A stretch of 32,000 nucleotides of DNA, from positions 1,080,001 through 1,112,000 of the forward strand of contig JAIZWK010000001.1 of the NCBI GenBank assembly GCA_021498095.1, given 5' to 3'. Both the position numbers and the translations under genes were made by a program. The notes under the pieces were generated by a model. The model did no database searches. It was given only the letters and a program-made list of their open reading frames with translations, and was not told the DNA's origin. Each line of letters opens with the position of its first letter. Positions within the stretch are counted from its first letter, which is position 1. Positions 9,103-16,863 of the stretch are shown piece by piece. The stretch is from Candidatus Harpocratesius repetitus. GTDB taxonomy: Archaea; Asgardarchaeota; Lokiarchaeia; Sigyniarchaeales; Promethearchaeaceae.

Positions 9103-10563
9103 TTAATTTCTTTGAAATCGTTTTACTATAACGTAGAGTGAGCCAATGATGCATAAACCGATAAAATATTCGCTTGTCCATTTATATACTGCGATATTCC
9201 GAAAAATCGGAATATCATACACCGAAATTGTGGTGGTACCAAGCCGTGAAATGTTTGAGGGAAATATTTCGCGCCTAAAAGCGTCACAAGCTATAGTTTT
9301 TCCTTGAAATGTCGGTTTGATTAGTGCATATCCATTTTCCACTGCTCGAAACGTGGCTAATTTTGAATGAGATGGATCGATCTGTTCCCAATCAAATGAA
9401 GGTTGGATTACCAAATCTACTGAATTAGGAACGCGAAGATTCACAAAACTGTTAAATGCTCCATCAAAACAAATGTATGTTGAAACTTGTATTGAATCGA
9501 CCTCAATTTCTGGAGGATAACCTGATTGGTGTTCAATATATGCAGCTGTTTCAATTCCAGGAATGAGGTTGTGTTTATTGTATTCTGCAATAAGATTTCC
9601 CTCAGAACTAAACCACCATAACTGATTTTTACTGGAACTTAATCCATACTCTTTTCCTGCTATGCAAAGATCGAAATTATAGGTCTGACATGCATTTTCA
9701 AATCTACTAAAAACATCATTTTTCTCTGTAGTATCAAAATAAAAACCGTATTCGTTATTTGAAACAATATCAGGTTTATAAAGGGGACAATAAGTCTGAA
9801 ATATATTCTCAAAATCATCAAGAGATCGAGACGCTCTTTCATCATCTATAATGGTCATTACCCGAATTGTTGTAGTTGCATGATGAGGAATTGATAGACG
9901 CACCAAACCAAAACCAAAAATCGAAAATATGCATATTGCGAGAACTTTAACCTGTTTTGATTTTAATATTTTCATCAATTTTAGTTTATATGTTGGTATA
10001 TTATGGAATTCTGCATTATTAATCATGTATACCAAGATTTCTGAAAATATACCATTTACAAATGCAATACTAAATACCAATCCCCACAATCCTGTAAATG
10101 AGATAATTTGCATTGATATTTTCCAATCAAATTGAGAATAAGCTATTGAACTCCATGTTCCAAATGGTGTTACTAAGGAACTGATAAATTCAAAAATGCT
10201 GAAAAAGGCTGCAAAGAGAAAAGATTTCACAATTAAAGGTACTTTTTTGGTAAAAATCGAGAAAACAGCAATGGGGATAAATTTTAGGATAATATAACCT
10301 AAAATGGCTGCTGCTTGTAGAATTGGCACTAAAAAATCAATCATAGGTAGATAAGCCCAAGTGATTGCCCCTCCCAAGAGAATAAAAGCAACAGGTAAAG
10401 AAATGATTTTCTTTTGAGTTTCTATTAGATAGATAATTCCAATAAAGCCTATCCATGCACAAGCTTCACAATTTATCTCTGAATAACATAAATATAGCAT
10501 GATGAAGGATATTCCTGCCAAAAGGATATTTATGCACATTGTGTGAATGATAGTCTTTGACAT
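9103..10563 (-). CDS. Apolipoprotein N-acyltransferase (Lnt)-like membrane protein with nitrilase domain
   Basis: About six N-terminal TM helices with FGTWSSIAYSQ and TGLWGLVFSI (Lnt-like). Candidate nitrilase triad E (NNEYG), K (YNKHNLIPG), C (ICFDG). RAVENG motif and a C-terminal TM helix. Confidence 0.8.
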   Translation of the reverse strand: MSKTIIHTMCINILLAGISFIMLYLCYSEINCEACAWIGFIGIIYLIETQKKIISLPVAFILLGGAITWAYLPMIDFLVPILQAAAILGYIILKFIPIAVFSIFTKKVPLIVKSFLFAAFFSIFEFISSLVTPFGTWSSIAYSQFDWKISMQIISFTGLWGLVFSIAFVNGIFSEILVYMINNAEFHNIPTYKLKLMKILKSKQVKVLAICIFSIFGFGLVRLSIPHHATTTIRVMTIIDDERASRSLDDFENIFQTYCPLYKPDIVSNNEYGFYFDTTEKNDVFSRFENACQTYNFDLCIAGKEYGLSSSKNQLWWFSSEGNLIAEYNKHNLIPGIETAAYIEHQSGYPPEIEVDSIQVSTYICFDGAFNSFVNLRVPNSVDLVIQPSFDWEQIDPSHSKLATFRAVENGYALIKPTFQGKTIACDAFRREIFPSNISRLGTTTISVYDIPIFRNIAVYKWTSEYFIGLCIIGSLYVIVKRFQRN

Positions 10564-10643
10564 TTTTACAATTAAATAAGAAATTCCTTCTTATAATTCT
10601 TAGGTATATTAAAAAAAGTATTTTATTTTAACTAAAGTATCTT

Positions 10644-11132
10644 TTATTCATGTGATTCTTTTAATTCTTTAACATCTTTATAATATACATTACGAATTTG
10701 GGCTCTTATCACAAAATGCACAATGACATTAAGAATTAATAATCCAAACTGCACAATTAGAGCATAAATGATCACATAATTAATTGTTTGTGTTTGAATT
10801 GTGTTATTATTAGATGTTTGCGTGGTTATTTCGAATTGATCGAAGTAATGTGTAAAAACTAATATTAGAAACAAAATAAAACATGATAGCAGTAATACAT
10901 TAAAAAATTTATCAATTATTTTTAGTCTTTCAACTTTTTTTTTCCCTAAATCGCTTAATTTACGATAGTGAGTTGGGCAGAGTTCATTTTTATTACAATC
11001 TTTACACAATTTGGATTTACATACAGAACATCTTATCATTGAAAATGATTTTACTTCAATTTTACAATGTGAACAATTATAATGGTGTATTATAAAAAAA
11101 TCTAAATCAATTACATCTTCCATATCTATCAA
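10644..11132 (-). CDS. Membrane protein with N-terminal Cys/His zinc-finger and two TM helices
   Basis: CSHC...CSVC-x4-CKDC-x5-CPTH followed by two hydrophobic segments. Confidence 0.7.
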   Translation of the reverse strand: MIDMEDVIDLDFFIIHHYNCSHCKIEVKSFSMIRCSVCKSKLCKDCNKNELCPTHYRKLSDLGKKKVERLKIIDKFFNVLLLSCFILFLILVFTHYFDQFEITTQTSNNNTIQTQTINYVIIYALIVQFGLLILNVIVHFVIRAQIRNVYYKDVKELKESHE

Positions 11133-11379
11133 TCATATTTTAATAATATAAAATTTTTTTGTGATTTAAATAATAATCTTGAAGTAAATGCTTTGATTTA
11201 CATGTTCAAACAATTTTTATATACATATCGTTATGTAACATGCATATTAGAAGGACAAAAATATAGTATTTTAATTACAAAACATAAAAATCTAACAAAA
11301 TTAAATGTAATAAAAAAGAATGCAAATGTTGAGAAAAAAAGAAAATAAAGCTGTTACCTGAAATTAAAAGATTATTAAA

Positions 11380-11679
11380 TTAAGAAATAATCGAAACCAT
11401 GGTGCATTCTGCTCGTTGTACTTGTTCAAGACTCGCAATAGCATCTTCCAGAGGTTGGGTTCCACCTTCACGTTCTTTTAATAATATTCGAGCAATAATT
11501 TTTTTTGCACCAAATGCAATTGGTTCAATTTTGAATGTTTCGACCATTCCACCTTCTTTTTCAACAATAGGTTTTACCACGTTATTCATTAAATCTTCCA
11601 AACCTTCAAAATCTTCTGGGATGATATCAAAAATACCTAATAAGGTCTTTGGGCCTTTCTTTTTCTTTTGTTCTGCCAT
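11380..11679 (-). CDS. ef1b: Archaeal translation elongation factor 1-beta
   Basis: EPIAFGAKKI motif, size and fold pattern, GGTGA SD upstream of the ATG, and the usual adjacency to the zinc-ribbon gene. Confidence 0.92.
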   Translation of the reverse strand: MAEQKKKKGPKTLLGIFDIIPEDFEGLEDLMNNVVKPIVEKEGGMVETFKIEPIAFGAKKIIARILLKEREGGTQPLEDAIASLEQVQRAECTMVSIIS

Positions 11680-11697
11680 TATTTTTCACCAAATGTT

Positions 11698-11871
11698 TTA
11701 TGGTCCTTCAAATCCACATTTAGGACACTTATAAGGTCGTGCAAAGCGGCGACATCTTTCACAGCGCCATAAGAGTACATCTCCACAGTTTGGACATGCA
11801 AAATGCACTGCATTTTCGTTGGGTTGGATCATTTTCCCACACGAGGTGCATGATTCTTGATTATAACTCAT
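11698..11871 (-). CDS. Small conserved archaeal zinc-ribbon protein (DUF1610 / HVO_2753-like), 57 aa
   Basis: Translated by hand: [57 protein letters not shown]. Four CxxC motifs, a GAGGT SD upstream, and a position directly upstream of ef1b. Below the ORF-track size cutoff. Confidence 0.92.
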   Translation of the reverse strand: MSYNQESCTSCGKMIQPNENAVHFACPNCGDVLLWRCERCRRFARPYKCPKCGFEGP

Positions 11872-12136
11872 TATTTATTAACCTCAAAAGGGCTACTTCT
11901 TGAGAAAAAAAAGCAGAGATTCTAAATTAATTTTATGGTATAAATTAAAGAATTTCAAAAATTTGATAATAAAGTTGGAAAAAAGGCGGGATCACATTTT
12001 TATCTAAGAAACAAAATTCAAAAAGAAAATCAGTAATAACTTTTCTTAATTGGTCCATCTTCATCAATTTTTTTTAATCAGCGCTTTCATGAACATTACG
12101 ATATGAGTTTTTAAGATAGGAATTCATTGTTTTTTT

Positions 12137-13294
12137 ATGCATTGTCAAACTTCAGATGAGCCTTCAAATGGTACTAGAGATATCAACCAAGAAATTCATC
12201 GAAATATTCCTGCAATACTGCTGGCAGGATTATTGTCTATGTTTTTTGCCGAAGTTATGGCGGGATCTTCTAATTTATGGTTTTTCGATCCGTTTGGATT
12301 GGCTCTAACTCTGATTCTTTATCTCATGCATCTTCTTTTTTATCTGAATTTGGCGATTCGCACGAAGCGCACATCTTTGGTTCATCTATATCTTTGGGGT
12401 ATGCTTTTTGCATTATATGAAGCACCCATTACACAAGTTTTATGGAGCGGCTATATGGATGCAACTGAACAACCCACACTTCTGTTTGGAATCGCCATTA
12501 TCGAGTTTATTGTGTTAGTTTTCTTTTGGCATCCTATAATGTCTTTTATTATTCCCATTTTGGTTTACGAATCATTGGTGCTCCATTTTGCTAAAATTGA
12601 AGGAAAAATCGAAGAAAATACTCTCCAAGATCAACTTTTACCCGGGCATTTCCTAATTTTGAATAAAATGAAAACCAACCTGATCTGGATTTTAATTGTA
12701 TTCTTTTTACTGAGTATAAATCAAATAGCTGCCGATGGTTATAATATTCTTAAAGCAGAAGGGGCATATATCGGTACAATATTTCTGATTTGGGTTTTCT
12801 GGAAATGGGCAGCTTATAAAAGCCGCGCTCACCACCAACTGTTAAGCATTCAAGATTTATTCATCAAATCTAAGAAATTTAAGTTGTTTATTGCCGTTTT
12901 GGTGATTTATGTTTACATTATAGGAAGCTTATTGATTACAACATTCTTACCTGGACGATGGCCTACTAATCCTATACCATATTTATCAATCATAGTTTTT
13001 GCTGGTATTGTAGTTTTCATGTTAAAAATATCCGGATCATCCCCTAAACCGGACGAGAGTACGATTCGAGCATTATTCGAGAAGGATCCTGCGCTTAGCA
13101 GAGTATTTAATATCAAAGATCTCACAATTCTCTTTAGTGTATTGGTGATAGGCGAGATAGTTTTCGGAATTTTAGGGGAGATCTCTTCAATCCTTTATGT
13201 TATTATTTATTTAAGTTTAATATTAGTAGGGCTTGTGTTTTTCATTATGAGTATAATTACATTGGTGAAACAGCGAAAAAAGAAGAAGAATTAA
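12137..13294 (+). CDS. Uncharacterised polytopic membrane protein (about 9-10 TM helices)
   Basis: 385-aa ORF with repeated hydrophobic segments and a basic C-terminal tail. No family recognised. Confidence 0.75.
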   Translation: MHCQTSDEPSNGTRDINQEIHRNIPAILLAGLLSMFFAEVMAGSSNLWFFDPFGLALTLILYLMHLLFYLNLAIRTKRTSLVHLYLWGMLFALYEAPITQVLWSGYMDATEQPTLLFGIAIIEFIVLVFFWHPIMSFIIPILVYESLVLHFAKIEGKIEENTLQDQLLPGHFLILNKMKTNLIWILIVFFLLSINQIAADGYNILKAEGAYIGTIFLIWVFWKWAAYKSRAHHQLLSIQDLFIKSKKFKLFIAVLVIYVYIIGSLLITTFLPGRWPTNPIPYLSIIVFAGIVVFMLKISGSSPKPDESTIRALFEKDPALSRVFNIKDLTILFSVLVIGEIVFGILGEISSILYVIIYLSLILVGLVFFIMSIITLVKQRKKKKN

Positions 13295-13373
13295 AAAATC
13301 ATTATTTTAATTAGAGAATCTGAATGATAAAAACCTTCTAACTCCGATTTTTTATCAATTGTACTCTGATCTA

Positions 13374-13711
13374 TTATGGGAACGCAAAAAGATTTTGTTT
13401 CTTCCTTCTGATATGTATTAATCTCCAAAAGGAGATTCCATGAATTAGAATCAGAAGAATACCAGTTATTCCACAATAAATATGAACATATCGAAGATAT
13501 TTTCGATATTTCTTTTTAAAATTTCTAAGATAAGGGGTAGCATTAGTATCTTTATATTTTTTTATATATTTTCGCTCCAACTTTATAGGCTTAATAGAGG
13601 GTAGAGAATGCCTATTGCTAATAAAATTGCGCCTGCAACCCCTAAACTGGTTAAGCCTTCTGGGCCTTCATTATTATTTTCATCAGCATTTACTAAAATA
13701 AGAGTTCGATT
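13374..13711 (-). pseudogene. Frameshifted, 5'-truncated remnant of a small membrane-protein gene
   Basis: After the racemase TGA the same frame continues without a start codon (NRTLILVNADENNNEGPEGLTSLGVAGAILLAIGILYPLLSL*, stop 13583-13585). An adjacent frame then gives LERKYIKK...RYVHIYCGITGILLILIHG. Joined, this reads as an acidic loop, a TM helix, a basic loop and a His-flanked TM helix. Confidence 0.45.
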
Positions 13712-14413
13712 TCAAGCACTTTGGTTGATAATCAAATCAATTGCATATTCAACATGCAGCCGTGTAGTATCAAAAATTGGAATAAAAACATCTGAAGGGC
13801 CTATTAATAAAGGAATTTCTGTACACCCTAAAATAACACCTTGTGCTCCATTTTCATGCATATTGTTGATAATTTTTTGAAAAATTCTACGAGATTCAGG
13901 TCGAATAATCCCACGAACTAATTCTTCAAAAATTATTTGGTTAATCTGTTTTCTTTCTGATGATTCAGGTATTATCGTTTTAATATTAAATTTACTTTCC
14001 AAACGTTCGCTAAAAAAACCATCTTCCATCGTTATCTTAGTTCCCAATAAACCTACTTTTTTTATGCCTAATTCTTGAATTTTTAAAGCAGTAGCATCAA
14101 CAATGTGAATTATCGGAATGGAAAGGTGTTGTTCCATTTGTGGAACGATTTTATGAATGGTGTTCGTGCAAATTAATAAGCAATCTGCTCCAATTTTTTC
14201 TATCTGTTTCGCAATTTTTGTTAAAATATCTGTTATTTCGCTCCAATTATCCGTATGCATTAAATTCACAATTAGATCAAAATCTACCGAATAAATAATA
14301 CACCTTGCTGAATGAAATCCTCCTAGTTTTTTTGCAATTTGCTCATTAAGTAATCGGTAATATTCAGCTGTCGATTCCCAACTCATTCCTCCAAGAAGTC
14401 CAATGGTTTTCAT
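13712..14413 (-). CDS. PLP-independent aspartate/glutamate racemase (YgeA/RacX-type)
   Basis: MKTIGLLGGMSWEST, ICTNTIH and LGCTEIP motifs. Confidence 0.93.
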   Translation of the reverse strand: MKTIGLLGGMSWESTAEYYRLLNEQIAKKLGGFHSARCIIYSVDFDLIVNLMHTDNWSEITDILTKIAKQIEKIGADCLLICTNTIHKIVPQMEQHLSIPIIHIVDATALKIQELGIKKVGLLGTKITMEDGFFSERLESKFNIKTIIPESSERKQINQIIFEELVRGIIRPESRRIFQKIINNMHENGAQGVILGCTEIPLLIGPSDVFIPIFDTTRLHVEYAIDLIINQSA

Positions 14414-14467
14414 ATTATTGAAGAAATAGAATTTCCAAATTTATAATTTACGGAAAATTTTTGAAGT

Positions 14468-15838
14468 TCAATCTTTGATCGATGGAATATACTCTATTTC
14501 GGAAAAGTATTTTACTTCTATTACTCCAGGAAAAGTTTGAATTTTTTGTACAATCTGGAATAGCCGAATAACTGAGCGAAAAGAAGCATGAAAAATAACG
14601 CCAACTCTGCCGAATGTGAGATAAACATCATTTATTTCCCGAAAAACACGAATATATTTGATAAATGAAGTTATTTGAGAGTTTTTTATACGAATTTGGA
14701 ACAATATCAAACGGAAATTTGCACTCTCATGTAAATAACGAATAATAATGGAAGTTATTAAAAAAATTGAAGTAATAATGATATAATTAATAGAAATCGG
14801 TTCGTTCCAGATGAACGTTCCAATATACAACCCGATTAATGGTTGTAACACCGTCAGAACGGTATTCCATGAACCAAATCCGAGTTCATGACGGGGCCAG
14901 TTACTTGAAGAAATGATTTGAAACGTATAAGGTAGTAATGTACATATAATTGCTATGCAAATGATAAAAGGATTAAGAATATATTGTGATATGTTTGGTA
15001 AATCTTCAAAAATAAATCGATGGGCTTCAAGTCCTGCAAGAGTTGTACGATCGCTTATCCCTAAAATCAGCATTAAAATTACAAAAATCAAAGAACCAAA
15101 AAAATGAATTCCAATAAGTTTATAGAACGAACGAAGTAAGCGAATATCTTTACGTGCCTTCTTTGGGACCTCCATTGGAAACAAAGCGGGAGGTAAAAGT
15201 TGAATTCCACGCAACGAATCTTGACTAATGTATACGGAATATAAAATAAATGCTAAAATTGTGATTATAAGAATTAGAAATCCAAAAAAGCTCAAAGATG
15301 CGCTTGGAATGGATCCATAACTCAAAGTAATTGATACAATACCTGCATTAAGCAGAAACAAGTAAATTATTTTGAATCCATCCATTTCTTCAGTTCTTTT
15401 TGCCCAATTAAGGATGGTTATGAAGAGAATGGGGAGCGAGTTAACTATTATTGTGGTAAATATAACTCCAACAAGTTGAAAGCTCAAGTAATAAAAAGGA
15501 ACCACGATTCCAACAATTAAAAATCCAAGAAATGATAGATAAAGAAATTGATATTTACCACGAAAAAAGAAGCGATTTTTACCAAAATAGTAATTTTTCA
15601 ATGAAATCCATACAAGCTTAGATAGTTTTCGTGCAGAAAGGTTTGGTGAAACTTTTTTTAAGTTTCGATAAATTCGGAACCATAGAATTAAAATTACAAT
15701 AAATTCAAAAATTGTTGATAAAATGAATCTGGTAAATCCAGTGGTAAATGGGCTGATTTCAGGGATAAATTTGATAAAAAGGGGCCCCAATCCTAAAGCT
15801 ATATTCCCAATGATTAATAAAAGAAGGAAAATATTCAT
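14468..15838 (-). CDS. EamA/DMT-family transporter with C-terminal Lrp/AsnC-like ligand-binding domain
   Basis: About ten TM helices with EamA-like motifs (FTRFILS, PFYYLSFQLVG, LTVLQPLIG). The soluble C-terminal ~80 aa (DVYLTFG...IQTFPGVIEV) resemble a RAM/AsnC domain. Confidence 0.7.
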   Translation of the reverse strand: MNIFLLLLIIGNIALGLGPLFIKFIPEISPFTTGFTRFILSTIFEFIVILILWFRIYRNLKKVSPNLSARKLSKLVWISLKNYYFGKNRFFFRGKYQFLYLSFLGFLIVGIVVPFYYLSFQLVGVIFTTIIVNSLPILFITILNWAKRTEEMDGFKIIYLFLLNAGIVSITLSYGSIPSASLSFFGFLILIITILAFILYSVYISQDSLRGIQLLPPALFPMEVPKKARKDIRLLRSFYKLIGIHFFGSLIFVILMLILGISDRTTLAGLEAHRFIFEDLPNISQYILNPFIICIAIICTLLPYTFQIISSSNWPRHELGFGSWNTVLTVLQPLIGLYIGTFIWNEPISINYIIITSIFLITSIIIRYLHESANFRLILFQIRIKNSQITSFIKYIRVFREINDVYLTFGRVGVIFHASFRSVIRLFQIVQKIQTFPGVIEVKYFSEIEYIPSIKD

Positions 15839-15898
15839 TTTTTTTCACATCATTGTAAAAACTTTCAAGAAAAGAATCTCAAAATTAAAAAAGAATGA

Positions 15899-16150
15899 TT
15901 ATTTTAGTGTAAACTTCTTAACAACTACTTGCGTGTAGGTTTCTTGAATTCCGGGTAAATTGTCAATATGTTTGCTGTACAATTCATAAATACCATCTGT
16001 ATCTTCAACTTCAATTTCAATCATTCCATTATAATCCCCTGTTAAACGATAATATGCCTTTATTTGTGGGATCTTCAACAAATAATTTTGCACTTCATCG
16101 CGCTTATTGCGCTCAATTTGAAGAAAACAAAAAGCGGTTAATTTACCCAT
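15899..16150 (-). CDS. Stand-alone Lrp/AsnC ligand-binding (RAM) domain protein without HTH
   Basis: 83 aa with YYRLTGDYNGMIEI and IDNLPGIQETYTQVV, the characteristic AsnC C-terminal pattern. Confidence 0.85.
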   Translation of the reverse strand: MGKLTAFCFLQIERNKRDEVQNYLLKIPQIKAYYRLTGDYNGMIEIEVEDTDGIYELYSKHIDNLPGIQETYTQVVVKKFTLK

Positions 16151-16195
16151 TTTTTTCTCTAATTACATTAGTATTCTAAATTCAAAAACTTTTTT

Positions 16196-16741
16196 CTATA
16201 TAAGATCATGATTTTTCTTGAGTTTTTTATGCTTATCGAGAAATTTTTTTAATTTTTCGTCCATTTGATTACGAAGCTCTGAATCGTAAAAGGTTGCTAA
16301 TTCTTGTTGAGCTTTTGGGTAATATTGATTATTGAGCAATTCTTCTTTTCGAGAAAAGTATTCGAGCAATAAGCTTAAATTTTCGTCCATTATGTGAGCT
16401 GAGATCGAAGGAGATTCAAGCAATCGCAGAATTTTCATCAAGAGATCTAAAAAATGATAGGAATAGCCTAAAACCGCTTTTTTTATTGCTTTTTTTTTAG
16501 GTTCTTTTTTGTAATCAATATTGTTGTATTTTTGCAAGATTTTATTGAGAATTTGATTATATTTTCGACTATATTCAATAATGTACTCATGAAAGCCATT
16601 TAATGCTATTTTATCTTCTTGTACATCGGATAATTGGAAATTTTTCACTTTCTCTGAAATAATTTGCTCCAATTGATGTAGAGATTCAAAAGATGGGGAT
16701 GAGGAATTCACGTTTAAATAAATATTAGGGAGAATGTTCAT
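16196..16741 (-). CDS. Hypothetical helical protein
   Basis: 181-aa ORF, co-oriented with and upstream of the RAM gene. No motif recognised. Confidence 0.6.
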   Translation of the reverse strand: MNILPNIYLNVNSSSPSFESLHQLEQIISEKVKNFQLSDVQEDKIALNGFHEYIIEYSRKYNQILNKILQKYNNIDYKKEPKKKAIKKAVLGYSYHFLDLLMKILRLLESPSISAHIMDENLSLLLEYFSRKEELLNNQYYPKAQQELATFYDSELRNQMDEKLKKFLDKHKKLKKNHDLI

Positions 16742-16863
16742 AAATGCATTTGGTTTTTAAATTATTGGCCAAGTTATATACCGAAAATATGTTCATATTA
16801 CATACGATTATATGATTATTGTTATTTTTATGCTTTATATTAGATTTGAGGACTAGACATCCA

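Noticed and set aside
11222-11237. Palindrome TACATA-TCGT-TATGTA in the intergenic region
   Set aside because: A 6-bp AT-rich stem is expected by chance, and there is no second copy.
9660-13125. Short ORFs 9660..9845, 9929..10135, 11399..11734 and 12913..13125
   Set aside because: Overlap well-supported genes (Lnt-like, ef1b, membrane protein) as shadows or alternative frames.
13291-15938. Short ORFs 13291..13476, 13608..13880 and 15723..15938
   Set aside because: No motifs; they overlap the relic, racemase or DMT genes. 13291..13476 might be a further fragment of the relic, but I cannot support that.
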